Part shown: positions 9,584-20,541 of the stretch, one piece after another
Layout of the letters: each line of letters opens with the position of its first letter
Numbering within the stretch: position 1 is the stretch's first letter
From: Chromatiales bacterium
GTDB taxonomy: Bacteria > Pseudomonadota > Gammaproteobacteria > SpSt-1174
NCBI GenBank assembly: GCA_014762505.1
Contig: JABURS010000029.1
Location: 60,178 to 124,177 of the forward strand
DNA: 64,000 nt
Direction: 5' to 3'
Made by a program: the position numbers and the translations under genes
Notes under the pieces: generated by a model
The model's database searches: none
Told to the model about the DNA's origin: nothing
Seen by the model: only the letters and a program-made list of their open reading frames with translations

Positions 9584-11158
9584 CTACTTGATTTCAGGCG
9601 CCGTCGTGAAGCTGTGATAGGGCGGCGGGGAGGACAGCGTCCACTCCAGCCCATGCGCACCTTCCCATACCTGATCGGTAGCCTTTTCGCCGCCCCGTAT
9701 CGTCTGGAAGATCAGATAGACGAACAGCAGCTGGGCAAAGCCGAAGCCGAAGGCACCAATCGAGGCGATGGCGTTGAAGTCGGCGAACTGCAGCGCGTAA
9801 TCGGGAATACGCCGCGGCATGCCGGCCAGACCGACGAAATGCATCGGGAAGAAGGTCAGGTTGACGAAGATCGTCGACAGCCAGAAATGCCACTTGCCGA
9901 GCGTCTCGTTATACATGTGACCGGTCCACTTCGGCAGCCAGTAATACACGGCGGCAATGATGGAGAAGACCGCCCCCGGTACCAGCACGTAGTGGAAATG
10001 CGCCACCACGAAATAGGTGTCGTGATACTGGAAATCCACCGGCGCGATGGCGAGCATCAACCCCGAGAAACCGCCAATGGTGAACATGATGACGAAGCCC
10101 AGGGCGAAGAGCATGGGCGTCTCGAAGGTCATCGCCCCCTTCCACATGGTCGCCACCCAGTTGAACACCTTCACCCCGGTCGGCACCGCGATCATCATCG
10201 TGGTCAGCATGAAGAAGAGCTCACCGGCCAGCGGCATCCCCACCGTGAACATGTGGTGCGCCCACACGATGAAGGAGAGGAAGGCGATACTCGCCGTGGC
10301 ATAGACCATGGAGGCATAGCCAAACAGCGGCTTGCGGGCAAAGGTCGGGATGATGCTCGAGGCGATACCGAAGGCCGGCAGGATCAGGATGTACACCTCC
10401 GGATGCCCGAAGAACCAGAAGATGTGCTGGAACATCACCGGGTCACCACCACCGGCCGCACTGAAGAAGCTGGTACCGAAGTACTTGTCGGTGAGCAGCA
10501 TGGTAACCGCCCCCGCCAGCACCGGCATGGTGGCGATCAACAGATAGGCGGTGATCAGCCAGGTCCATACGAACAGGGGCATCTTCATCAGGTTCATGCC
10601 CGGTGCTCGCATGTTGAGGATGGTCGCGATCACGTTGATGGAACCCATGATCGACGAGATCCCCATCAGATGGATGGCGAAGATCACGAAGGGGAATGCA
10701 TCGCCGGTCTGCAGCATGAGCGGGGGATACATGGTCCAGCCACCCGCCGGGCCACCACCATCCATGAAGAGCGTGGACAGCAGCATGGCGAAGGCGAACG
10801 GCAGGATCCAGAAGCTCCAGTTGTTCATGCGCGGCAGGGCCATGTCGGTGGCCCCGACCATCATCGGGATGAGCCAGTTGGCCAACCCGGTAAAGGCCGG
10901 CATGACCACACCGAAGATCATCACCAGCGCATGCATGGTGGTCATGGAGTTGAAGAACTGCGGCTCGACCATCTGCAACCCGGGCTCGAACAGTTCGGCA
11001 CGGATCACCAGGGCCATCGCCCCGCCGATGAAGAACATCAGCAGCGCGAACATCAGGTACAGGCTGCCGATATCCTTGTGGTTGGTGGTGAACAGCCAGC
11101 GCTTGATGCCGCTCGGATGCTCTTCGTGGTGATGCGTTTCGGAAATCACAGCACTCAT
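9584..11158 (-). CDS. coxA: aa3-type cytochrome c oxidase subunit I
   Basis: 524 aa haem-copper oxidase subunit I (MSAVISETHHHEEHPSGIKRWLFTTNHKDIG...). Confidence 0.95.
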   Translation of the reverse strand: MSAVISETHHHEEHPSGIKRWLFTTNHKDIGSLYLMFALLMFFIGGAMALVIRAELFEPGLQMVEPQFFNSMTTMHALVMIFGVVMPAFTGLANWLIPMMVGATDMALPRMNNWSFWILPFAFAMLLSTLFMDGGGPAGGWTMYPPLMLQTGDAFPFVIFAIHLMGISSIMGSINVIATILNMRAPGMNLMKMPLFVWTWLITAYLLIATMPVLAGAVTMLLTDKYFGTSFFSAAGGGDPVMFQHIFWFFGHPEVYILILPAFGIASSIIPTFARKPLFGYASMVYATASIAFLSFIVWAHHMFTVGMPLAGELFFMLTTMMIAVPTGVKVFNWVATMWKGAMTFETPMLFALGFVIMFTIGGFSGLMLAIAPVDFQYHDTYFVVAHFHYVLVPGAVFSIIAAVYYWLPKWTGHMYNETLGKWHFWLSTIFVNLTFFPMHFVGLAGMPRRIPDYALQFADFNAIASIGAFGFGFAQLLFVYLIFQTIRGGEKATDQVWEGAHGLEWTLSSPPPYHSFTTAPEIK

Positions 11159-11180
11159 GATCAGATTCCTCCCGTCGCGC

Positions 11181-12308
11181 TCAGCGCGCCGCCTTGATAT
11201 CGGTGGGTTGGATCACGTCGCCGGTATCGTTACCGAAGGCGTTTCGCTGGTACGTGATCACAGCAGCCAGATCGACGTCGCTGAGTTGCGGGCCGAAGGC
11301 GGCCATCGCCGTGCCCGGTACCCCGTTCATGACGAGATCCACATGCCCCTTGATTTCCCCGGTGGCCACGGCACTGCCCTTGATCGCCGGGAACACGCTG
11401 CCCATGCCCTCGCCATTGGCCTGGTGACAGGCGGCGCAGTTGGTGTTGTAGATCTTCTCGCCGCGGGCCATGAGGTCGCTCTTGCCCCATTCCTTGTCTG
11501 AGGCCATCAGCTCGGCTTCACGCGCCGCCTTCTGCTCGGCCACCCAGTCGAGATACTCGTTCTCCTCCATCGCGACGACCACGATCGGCATGAAACCATG
11601 GTCCTTCCCGCACAGCTCGGCACACTGACCGCGATACACGCCCGGCTCATCGATGCGCGTCCACAGCTCGTTGACGAAACCCGGGATGGCATCTTTCTTC
11701 ATGGCCAGATCCGGCACCCAGAAGGCATGGATCACGTCGTTCGCCGTGACCAGGAAACGGATCTTCTTGTTGATCGGCACCACGATCGGGTTGTCCACGT
11801 CCAGCAGATAATGCTCGCCCTTATCGGCGCGGTTCTCGATCGCGGCACGCGGCGTGGCGAGATTGCTGAAGAAGCCGATGCCCTCGTCCATGTAGTCGTA
11901 GTGCCACTTCCACTGATAGCCGGTGACCTTGATGGTCATGTCGGCATTGCTCGTGTCTTCCATGGCGATCAGGGTCTTGGTGGCCGGAATGGCCATGCCT
12001 ACGAGGATCAGGAAGGGCACCAGGGTCCAGAGAATCTCCACCGTGGTGCTCTCGTGGAACTGGGCCGCCTGTACGCCCCTGGATTTGCGGTGCTTGACGA
12101 TGCTGTAGAACATCGCCCCGAAAACGACGATGCCGATGACAACGCAGATCCAGAAGATCAGCATGTGCAGGTCGTAGACGGTATTGCTGATCTCCGTCAC
12201 GCCCCGCGGCATGTTCACTTCCCAGTCCGCGAAGGCCCCTCCGGCTGACATGGCCAGGGCGATGCCTGACAACGCGGCCACTGCCGGTTTCAACTGCGCA
12301 TTCTTCAT
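11181..12308 (-). CDS. coxB: aa3-type cytochrome c oxidase subunit II with C-terminal cytochrome c domain
   Basis: CuA ligands (CAELCGKDHGFM), signal peptide and TMs, C-terminal CAACH haem domain. Confidence 0.93.
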   Translation of the reverse strand: MKNAQLKPAVAALSGIALAMSAGGAFADWEVNMPRGVTEISNTVYDLHMLIFWICVVIGIVVFGAMFYSIVKHRKSRGVQAAQFHESTTVEILWTLVPFLILVGMAIPATKTLIAMEDTSNADMTIKVTGYQWKWHYDYMDEGIGFFSNLATPRAAIENRADKGEHYLLDVDNPIVVPINKKIRFLVTANDVIHAFWVPDLAMKKDAIPGFVNELWTRIDEPGVYRGQCAELCGKDHGFMPIVVVAMEENEYLDWVAEQKAAREAELMASDKEWGKSDLMARGEKIYNTNCAACHQANGEGMGSVFPAIKGSAVATGEIKGHVDLVMNGVPGTAMAAFGPQLSDVDLAAVITYQRNAFGNDTGDVIQPTDIKAAR

Positions 12309-12779
12309 GCGTCCCTCCTAAGTGGTGGTTGAGTGGTGCCGTGGCGCCACTCGGTTTTGCCGAATCCTGTTGCGATCCGTTTGTTGTTATGTCGTTGTTC
12401 TTGTTTTGAGAGGACGCGCCCGCCAGCGGGCGCTCCCGTGCCCTGCTCGCCCGGTCAGCCCGCAGCCCAGCCGGCCATGGCACCACGGCAGGAAGGACGA
12501 TGGACGTGACACGGGTGTCGTCGCATGCAGATCGGCAGGGACGACAAACACCACCCACCATGGCGGATGGCGGCAAGACATAGGGTCAGGGCAAGGACGG
12601 GATGCCGGACGACTGGCATGAAAGACGGGGAGGCCGGCAACAGATGGCCGGGGGTGACAGGTGCTGAACACCGGAGGACTTTGCACAACAGCACCCCGAG
12701 CCGGTGATGAAACCGGCGCCAAAGGGCCTGATTGTCTTGGTGGTTCGCTACCATGCGCCTCCGGGTCCCCTCCGTGATT

Positions 12780-13075
12780 ATTTTGTTATGGGAATCCCCT
12801 CCAGTTACGAGGCATGCTAGCTCAGCGATTCTGGCAGAACAATATCTTTGATTAATTGAGCGTATTAGTATTTTTATATATTTCTTTGCGCTCAAAAACT
12901 ATTTTATGCGGGTCAAAAGTTTTATTTCTCATAAATATCAATGAATTAAACATATTCATTGATCAACGGAATTGTTGATAACCAACCTTTATAAAATTCC
13001 TGAATAATACTTTTTTATAATTTCTATGAGTGAATTTGGGCAAATCATCCATTGACGGGCATTTTTGCCAATTTT
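12780..13075. other. AT-rich (~25% GC) 300-bp non-coding island upstream of coxB and downstream of bioC
   Basis: Sharp compositional drop in a ~67% GC genome; contains an IHF-consensus tATCAAtgaaTTA (12927-12939), a TTGATCAA palindrome and a promoter-like module shared with the pilM promoter. Confidence 0.6.
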
Positions 13076-13975
13076 CTATTCCTGCACCTTGCCCCCTGAG
13101 GGCAGCGACTGCACCCGCACGGGAATACCGATGGGGCGCCCGCCAGCCCCGGAAGACGGGGGCGGTGCATCCGGCGCCCATGCATGGCCGTACACCACCT
13201 CGTAGCTCGCGGGCAAGAGCCCCTGCCCGGTCCGATACGCCTCGTAGGCCGCCTCCACCGCCCGCAGGCGCGACTTGCCGGTCAGCCCCCGCGCACGCTC
13301 GTGCAGGGCGTTACCCGCACCGATCCGCTTGAGATCCCGCATGAGCTGACGCGCCTGCGGGTAGGTGACGGTGAGCATCTCCATGTCCATCACGGGGTCG
13401 GCGAAGCCGGCCCGCACCAGGGCATCGCCCACGTCATGCATATCGAGGAAGGCGTTCACGTGCGGATGATCGTCCACACGCGACCAGGCATCGCGCAGCT
13501 CCCTGAGCGTATCGGGGCCAAAGCTGGTGAACAGCAGCAGCCCCTGCGGGGCGAGCACCCGGCGCAGCTCGGCGAACACGCGGTCGATGTCCTCGACCCA
13601 CTGCAGGGTGAGATTGGAAAAGACCAGGTCGAAACTGCCGTCGGCGAAGGGCAGGGCCTCGATATCGGCATTCACCGGCAGGGGGCGGCGGCGCCAGCGT
13701 CCGCGGCGCCGGGCGATCTGCAGCATGCCGTAGGCGAGATCCAGCGAGATCACCTGCGACTTCGGGTAGCGGCGCAGCAGGGCATCCGCGGCACGGCCGG
13801 TACCGGTGCCGGCATCGAGGACGCGGCCCGGCGCGATCTTCATGTAATCGAGCCGCTCCAGCAGCCGGCCGCGCACCTCGTGCTGCAGCACGGCGGCCTC
13901 GTCGTAGGCGCGCGCGGCGGCATCGAAGGACTGTCGCACGCGGTGCTTGTCGATATGCCAGGGCCTGTCGCTCAC
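13076..13975 (-). CDS. bioC: malonyl-ACP O-methyltransferase
   Basis: Class I SAM methyltransferase motifs (LDAGTGTG); 4-nt overlap with upstream bioH. Confidence 0.8.
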   Translation of the reverse strand: MSDRPWHIDKHRVRQSFDAAARAYDEAAVLQHEVRGRLLERLDYMKIAPGRVLDAGTGTGRAADALLRRYPKSQVISLDLAYGMLQIARRRGRWRRRPLPVNADIEALPFADGSFDLVFSNLTLQWVEDIDRVFAELRRVLAPQGLLLFTSFGPDTLRELRDAWSRVDDHPHVNAFLDMHDVGDALVRAGFADPVMDMEMLTVTYPQARQLMRDLKRIGAGNALHERARGLTGKSRLRAVEAAYEAYRTGQGLLPASYEVVYGHAWAPDAPPPSSGAGGRPIGIPVRVQSLPSGGKVQE

Positions 13976-14748
13976 GCCGGCACGCCCTCCAGGGCAGCGA
14001 GAAAACGGCCCGGGTGCGTCAGAAAGGGGGCGTGACCGGCCCCCTCGATGACGGTGATCGCCATGTCAGGGCGCAGGGCGGTCAGCGATGCCGCCACCGC
14101 GACAGGGACCAGGGTATCCAGTTCGCCCAGCACGGCTGCCACCGGCCCGGGGTAACCCGCCAGCGCCGGCCGCAGGTCGGCACCGCCGAGCATGGCCAGG
14201 CCATCGCGCAGGCTCTCCGCCGCCGGCGGGTGGGCCGCCAGCCCGGCACGCAGGCCGCGCAGGGTCTCGCCCGCCCCCTTCACGCCGCGAAACTGCAGGG
14301 TGAGAAAGCGGCCGAGCGTGGCCTCGAAATCCGTCGCCAGGCCATCGGCGAAGGCCGCCAGCGTCGCCGGGGCCATGGCGCAGGGCCAGTCCGGCTGCTG
14401 CGTGAACCGGGGGTTGCTGGCCACCAGCAGCAGCCGCGTCACCCGCTCCGGCGCCTGCGCCGCGGCCGCCGTGGCGATCATGCCGCCCAGGGACCAACCG
14501 ACCCAGGCAGCGGCCGGCGGGGCCGCCGCCAGCACGGCCGAGGCGGCCTGTTCGAGGCCACCCAGGCGCCCGGGCGAGCGCCCGTGACCGGGCAGATCGA
14601 TCACGCTCACCCGGTAGTGCGCCGCCAGTCGCGGCAGCAGCGTCGACCAGACGCCACCGTGCAGCCCCCAGCCGTGCAGCAGGACGAGGTCGGGACCCTC
14701 ACCGGTCACGCTGACATGCAGTCGGGTATCGCTCAAAGATCCTTCCAT
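13972..14748 (-). CDS. bioH: pimeloyl-ACP methyl ester carboxylesterase
   Basis: alpha/beta hydrolase (GWSLGG nucleophile elbow). The track ORF is N-extended to 14826; probable start MEGSLSDTRLHV. Confidence 0.75.
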   Translation of the reverse strand: MEGSLSDTRLHVSVTGEGPDLVLLHGWGLHGGVWSTLLPRLAAHYRVSVIDLPGHGRSPGRLGGLEQAASAVLAAAPPAAAWVGWSLGGMIATAAAAQAPERVTRLLLVASNPRFTQQPDWPCAMAPATLAAFADGLATDFEATLGRFLTLQFRGVKGAGETLRGLRAGLAAHPPAAESLRDGLAMLGGADLRPALAGYPGPVAAVLGELDTLVPVAVAASLTALRPDMAITVIEGAGHAPFLTHPGRFLAALEGVPA

Positions 14749-14824
14749 CCCCGGGCCGGCGCTCGCCGTCACCCGTCTTCTGCGGTTATCATCGGCGCCC
14801 CACACCTTCCGGACGTGAGCCGCC

Positions 14825-15418
14825 ATGCTGGAAAACAGTCTGCTGATCGTCGCCGCCTACCTGCTCGGTTCGGTAGCGACCGCCATCATCACCTGCCGCC
14901 TGATGGGCCTGCCGGACCCGCGCGGGGTGGGCTCGGGCAACCCGGGCGCGACCAACGTGCTGCGCGAGGGCGGCAAAAAGGCGGCCATCATCACGCTTCT
15001 GGGCGACATGCTCAAGGGGCTCGTCCCGGTGCTGGTCGGCCACGCCCTGGGCGTGGCCGACTGGGCCCTGGCCGCGATCGGTCTCGCGGCCTTCATCGGC
15101 CACCTCTATCCCGTGTACTTCGGCTTCAAGGGCGGCAAGGGGGTGGCCACCGCACTGGGCGTGTCGCTGGGCTTTCACTGGGGACTGGGGCTGGCGGTAC
15201 TGGTCACCTGGCTGGCGATGGCCTTCCTCACCCGCATCTCCTCGCTGTCGGCCCTGACCGCCTCGCTGCTCGCGCCCCTCTACGCCTGGCTCATCACGGG
15301 CTCGACGGCACTGACCGTGGCCGCCGCCCTCATGGCCGTGCTGGTGTTCTGGCGCCACCGCAGCAACATCCGCAACCTGCTCGACGGCACCGAGGGGCGC
15401 ATCGGCGCGAAGAAGTAG
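14825..15418 (+). CDS. plsY: glycerol-3-phosphate acyltransferase PlsY
   Basis: 197 aa, GSGNPGATN motif. Confidence 0.9.
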   Translation: MLENSLLIVAAYLLGSVATAIITCRLMGLPDPRGVGSGNPGATNVLREGGKKAAIITLLGDMLKGLVPVLVGHALGVADWALAAIGLAAFIGHLYPVYFGFKGGKGVATALGVSLGFHWGLGLAVLVTWLAMAFLTRISSLSALTASLLAPLYAWLITGSTALTVAAALMAVLVFWRHRSNIRNLLDGTEGRIGAKK

Positions 15419-15421
15419 CCG

Positions 15422-16429
15422 TCAGGCGGGCACCCGCAGCTCGGACAGCGGCCAGCGCGGCCGCGCGCGGATCGTGGCCACGTCGTGCTCGCCGGCCGCC
15501 AGCCGCAGGTAGCCCGCGTAGGCGATCATGGCCCCGTTGTCGGTGCAGAACTCGGGCCGCGGATAATAGAGCCGCGCCCCCTCGTGCCCGGCGATCTCCG
15601 CCAGCCGCACCCGCAGGCGGCGGTTGGCCCCCACCCCGCCGGCCACGACCAGCCCTTTTACGCCGGTCTCGCGCAGCGCCCGCCGGCACTTGATGGCCAG
15701 CGTCTCCACCACCGCGTCCTCGAAGGCCCGCGCGATATCGGCCTTCGCCTCGGGGTGGGCGTGCAGGGTATTGAGCGCGAAGGTCTTGAGCCCGCTGAAG
15801 CTGAAATCCAGGCCGGGCCGGTCGGTCATGGGCCGCGGGAAGTGGAAACGGCCGGGGTCGCCCGTCTCGGCCAGGCGCGCGAGCTCCGGGCCGCCGGGAT
15901 AGGGCAGACCGAGCAGCTTGGCAGCCTTGTCGAAGGCCTCGCCGGCGGCGTCGTCCAGGCTCTCGCCCAGGATCTCGTAGCGCCCCACCCCTTCCACGCG
16001 CACCAGCAGGGTGTGCCCGCCCGAGACCAGCAGGGCGACGAAGGGGAAATCGGGACGCGCCTCCTCCAGCATGGGGGCCAGCAGATGCCCCTCCATGTGG
16101 TGCACCCCCACCGCCGGCACGCCCCAGGCGAAGGCCAGCGCCCGGCCGATGGAGGCGCCGACCAGCAGGGCGCCGATCAGGCCCGGCCCGGCCGTGTAGG
16201 CCACGCCGTCCAGGTCCCCGGGCCCGCTGTCGGCCGCCGCCAGCACCTCGCGGATCAGCGGCAGGGTCTTGCGGATGTGGTCGCGCGAGGCCAGCTCCGG
16301 CACCACGCCGCCGTACTCGGCATGCAGCGCCACCTGGCTGTAGACACGGTGTGCCAGCAGGCCGCGTTCGCCGTCGTACACGGCCACGCCGGTCTCGTCA
16401 CAGGAGCTCTCGATACCCAGTACCCGCAC
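15422..16429 (-). CDS. tsaD: tRNA N6-adenosine threonylcarbamoyltransferase TsaD
   Basis: (M)[18 protein letters not shown]... Kae1/TsaD family. The track ORF starts at 16465, but a GTG 12 codons in (GAGGA SD) matches the canonical N-terminus. Confidence 0.85.
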   Translation of the reverse strand: MRVLGIESSCDETGVAVYDGERGLLAHRVYSQVALHAEYGGVVPELASRDHIRKTLPLIREVLAAADSGPGDLDGVAYTAGPGLIGALLVGASIGRALAFAWGVPAVGVHHMEGHLLAPMLEEARPDFPFVALLVSGGHTLLVRVEGVGRYEILGESLDDAAGEAFDKAAKLLGLPYPGGPELARLAETGDPGRFHFPRPMTDRPGLDFSFSGLKTFALNTLHAHPEAKADIARAFEDAVVETLAIKCRRALRETGVKGLVVAGGVGANRRLRVRLAEIAGHEGARLYYPRPEFCTDNGAMIAYAGYLRLAAGEHDVATIRARPRWPLSELRVPA

Positions 16430-16499
16430 GGCGGTCCTCGTCTGGTCCAGTTCAGGGGGATTCACGGCCGGCCATTATGCCACGGGAGGCGCACAGCTT

Positions 16500-16527
16500 T
16501 TGCATTTTCGCCCGGCGTGGCTATAAT
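16500..16527 (+). promoter_or_regulatory. sigma70 promoter TTGCAT-N16-TATAAT for rpsU
   Basis: -35 at 16500-16505 and -10 at 16522-16527 read directly; about 58-nt leader to the rpsU ATG. Confidence 0.55.
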
Positions 16528-16592
16528 GCGCGGTTCCTTATTCCGACTGGTTTCTGCAGAAACCCAAACACTCATCAGGATTGGTGATTTTA

Positions 16593-16808
16593 ATGCCTCA
16601 CGTACGTGTTAAAGAGAACGAACCCTTCGAAGTCGCGCTGCGTCGCTTCAAGCGCACCTGCGAGAAGGCCGGCGTGCTGACCGAGGTCCGCCGTCGCGAG
16701 TTCTACGAAAAGCCGACCGAGACCCGCAAGCGCAAGCAGGCCGCCGCGGTCAAGCGCCACGCGAAGAAGGTCCAGCGCGAAGTCGCGCGCCGCGTGCGTC
16801 TCTACTAA
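16593..16808 (+). CDS. rpsU: 30S ribosomal protein S21
   Basis: [28 protein letters not shown]...; 71 aa. Confidence 0.95.
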   Translation: MPHVRVKENEPFEVALRRFKRTCEKAGVLTEVRRREFYEKPTETRKRKQAAAVKRHAKKVQREVARRVRLY

Positions 16809-16830
16809 GCACCGCGAGCACCCCAGGCTC

Positions 16831-17292
16831 ATGCCCGAGACCGCCTCTCCGCTCAAGGCGCGCATCACCGAGGACATGAAGACGGCCATGCGCTCCGGCG
16901 AGAAGGAGCGTCTGGCCACGATTCGCCTCGTGCTGGCCGCCATCAAGCAGGTCGAGGTCGACACGCGCAGCGCGCTTACCGACGACGACCTGCTCCCCCT
17001 GCTGGACAAGATGTGCAAGCAGCGCCGGGAATCCATCGAGCAGTTCGAGCAGGCCGGGCGTGACGACCTGGCGTCGAAGGAACGGCAGGAACTGGAGATC
17101 ATCCAGACCTACCTGCCCGCCCAGCTGAGCGAGGCCGAGATTGCCCAGCTCATCGACGAGGCGATCGCGCAGACGGGCGCGGAGAGCGTCCGCGACATGG
17201 GCAAGGTGATGGGCATCATCAAGCCCAAGGCCCAGGGACGCGCCGACATGGCAGCAGTCAGCGCCCAGATCAAGGCCCGGCTGTCCGCCTGA
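16831..17292 (+). CDS. yqeY: GatB/YqeY domain protein
   Basis: 153 aa; conserved partner downstream of rpsU in gammaproteobacteria. Confidence 0.85.
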   Translation: MPETASPLKARITEDMKTAMRSGEKERLATIRLVLAAIKQVEVDTRSALTDDDLLPLLDKMCKQRRESIEQFEQAGRDDLASKERQELEIIQTYLPAQLSEAEIAQLIDEAIAQTGAESVRDMGKVMGIIKPKAQGRADMAAVSAQIKARLSA

Positions 17293-17301
17293 CGGCGATA
17301 A

Positions 17302-18822
<1,521 letters not shown>

Positions 18823-18829
18823 GCGCCCC

Positions 18830-19918
18830 ATGAGTGAACTGAAGAACGACCGCTTCCTGCGCGCCCTGCTGCGCGAGCCGGTCGATACCACGCCGGTGTG
18901 GATCATGCGCCAGGCCGGGCGCTACCTGCCCGAATACCGGGCCACCCGCGCGCAGGCCGGCAGCTTCATGGACCTGTGCCGCAACGCCGACCTCGCCTGC
19001 GAGGTCACGCTGCAGCCGCTGGAACGCTTCGATCTCGACGCGGCCATCCTCTTCTCCGACATCCTCACCATCCCGGACGCCATGGGCCTCGGCCTGTCCT
19101 TCGCCCAGGGCGAGGGACCGGTGTTCGCACGCCCGGTGCGCGACGCGGCTGCCATCAAGGCGCTGGGCGTCCCGGACATGGAGGACGACCTCGGCTACGT
19201 GATGAATGCCGTGCGCACCATCCGCCGCGAGCTCGATGGCCGCGTGCCACTGATCGGCTTTTCCGGCAGCCCCTGGACGCTCGCCACCTACATGGTGGAA
19301 GGTGGCTCCAGCAAGGAGTTCGCCCATGTGAAGGGCATGCTCTACGACCAGCCGGGGCTACTGCACCAGCTGCTGTCGGTTCTCTCGGTGAGCGTGGCCG
19401 AGTACCTGAACGCGCAGATCCGCGCCGGCGCACAGGCGGTGATGATCTTCGATACCTGGGGTGGCGCGCTCACGCCCGAGGCCTATCGCGAGTTCTCGCT
19501 GGACTACATGCAGCGCATCGTCGACCAGCTGATACGCGAGCACGACGGCCGGCGCGTGCCGGTGACGCTATTCACCAAGGGCGGGGGACAGTGGCTGGAG
19601 GCCATGGCCGATACCGGCTGCACCGGCCTGGGACTGGACTGGACGACCAACATCGGCGAGGCCCGCCGGCGCGTGGGTGACCGCGTTGCCCTGCAGGGCA
19701 ACCTCGACCCTGCCGTGCTCTACGCCTCGCCCGAGCGCATCCGTACCCAGGTGCGCAAGGTGCTGGAAGACTTCGGCGAGGGCAGTGGCCACGTCTTCAA
19801 TCTGGGGCACGGCATCCACCAGCACATCGATCCGGACCACGTGAAGGTGTTGGTCGACAGCGTGCACGAGATCGGCCAGCGCTTCCACAGCCGCGACGCG
19901 GTGCTCGGCCAGCGCTGA
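18830..19918 (+). CDS. hemE: uroporphyrinogen decarboxylase
   Basis: [36 protein letters not shown]...; track ORF N-extended from 18722. Confidence 0.93.
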   Translation: MSELKNDRFLRALLREPVDTTPVWIMRQAGRYLPEYRATRAQAGSFMDLCRNADLACEVTLQPLERFDLDAAILFSDILTIPDAMGLGLSFAQGEGPVFARPVRDAAAIKALGVPDMEDDLGYVMNAVRTIRRELDGRVPLIGFSGSPWTLATYMVEGGSSKEFAHVKGMLYDQPGLLHQLLSVLSVSVAEYLNAQIRAGAQAVMIFDTWGGALTPEAYREFSLDYMQRIVDQLIREHDGRRVPVTLFTKGGGQWLEAMADTGCTGLGLDWTTNIGEARRRVGDRVALQGNLDPAVLYASPERIRTQVRKVLEDFGEGSGHVFNLGHGIHQHIDPDHVKVLVDSVHEIGQRFHSRDAVLGQR

Positions 19919-19927
19919 CCCGCGCGC

Positions 19928-20533
19928 TCAGGCCTCGCGCAGCAGGGCCTCCACGTCTTCCAGGCTGGCCCGCCGCATGGGCCGCCCATCCACCGGCGAC
20001 AAGGGCGCCTGGCGGATCCCGTCCACCGAGAACACCACCGCCTCGATCTCCACGTCATCGGCGACGAAGGAGACGCTGGGCAGCTCCTGCAATTCCCCGC
20101 CGAAGCGCAGCCGCCGCGAACCCAGGTCATAGGGAATCCGCCGGTCCATGAGCAGGAAGCACACCTCCTCCACCGAGTTGGCGAACAGGTGCAGGGTGAT
20201 GCGCTGGGCGGCATGGGCCGTTCCCTTGAGGGCCGAACCGACCAGGCGGGGGGAGTAGTCGGCGAACAGGCGCATCGCCTCCAGTGCCGTGGCGCGCAGA
20301 TGCGCGACGTGGGCCCGCTCCTCCTCGGTCTGGAACAGACTCTGCCGCTCCAGCACCGCCGCCTCCACCTCGACGTTCCTGGGCAGGTTGCGGGTGGCCC
20401 CCAGCCCCAGGTGCTCGGCGGCCTTGCGCTTGGCAAGGCCGAAGTCTTCCAGACCCTCGTCGAGCACGAGACGGGCGGCCTCTTCCGCGATCAGCAGCCG
20501 CTCGCGCTCCAGGGCATGACTGTTACGCGTCAT
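19928..20533 (-). CDS. conserved hypothetical cytoplasmic protein, 8 bp downstream of and co-oriented with mrcA
   Basis: 201 aa, no TM or signal peptide, no motif recognised; sits in the slot between mrcA and hemE. Confidence 0.5.
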   Translation of the reverse strand: MTRNSHALERERLLIAEEAARLVLDEGLEDFGLAKRKAAEHLGLGATRNLPRNVEVEAAVLERQSLFQTEEERAHVAHLRATALEAMRLFADYSPRLVGSALKGTAHAAQRITLHLFANSVEEVCFLLMDRRIPYDLGSRRLRFGGELQELPSVSFVADDVEIEAVVFSVDGIRQAPLSPVDGRPMRRASLEDVEALLREA

Positions 20534-20541
20534 AGCACCCC

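Noticed and set aside
12455-12895. 146-aa minus-strand ORF and other ORFs in the coxB upstream region
   Set aside because: They start inside the AT-rich island and run into GC-rich non-coding DNA with Arg/Pro/Cys-rich junk composition. No SD.
12948-12970. TTGATCAACGGAATTGTTGATAA in the coxB-upstream island as a possible FNR site
   Set aside because: TTGATCAA is a zero-spacer palindrome, not TTGAT-N4-ATCAA. No properly spaced partner half-site was found.
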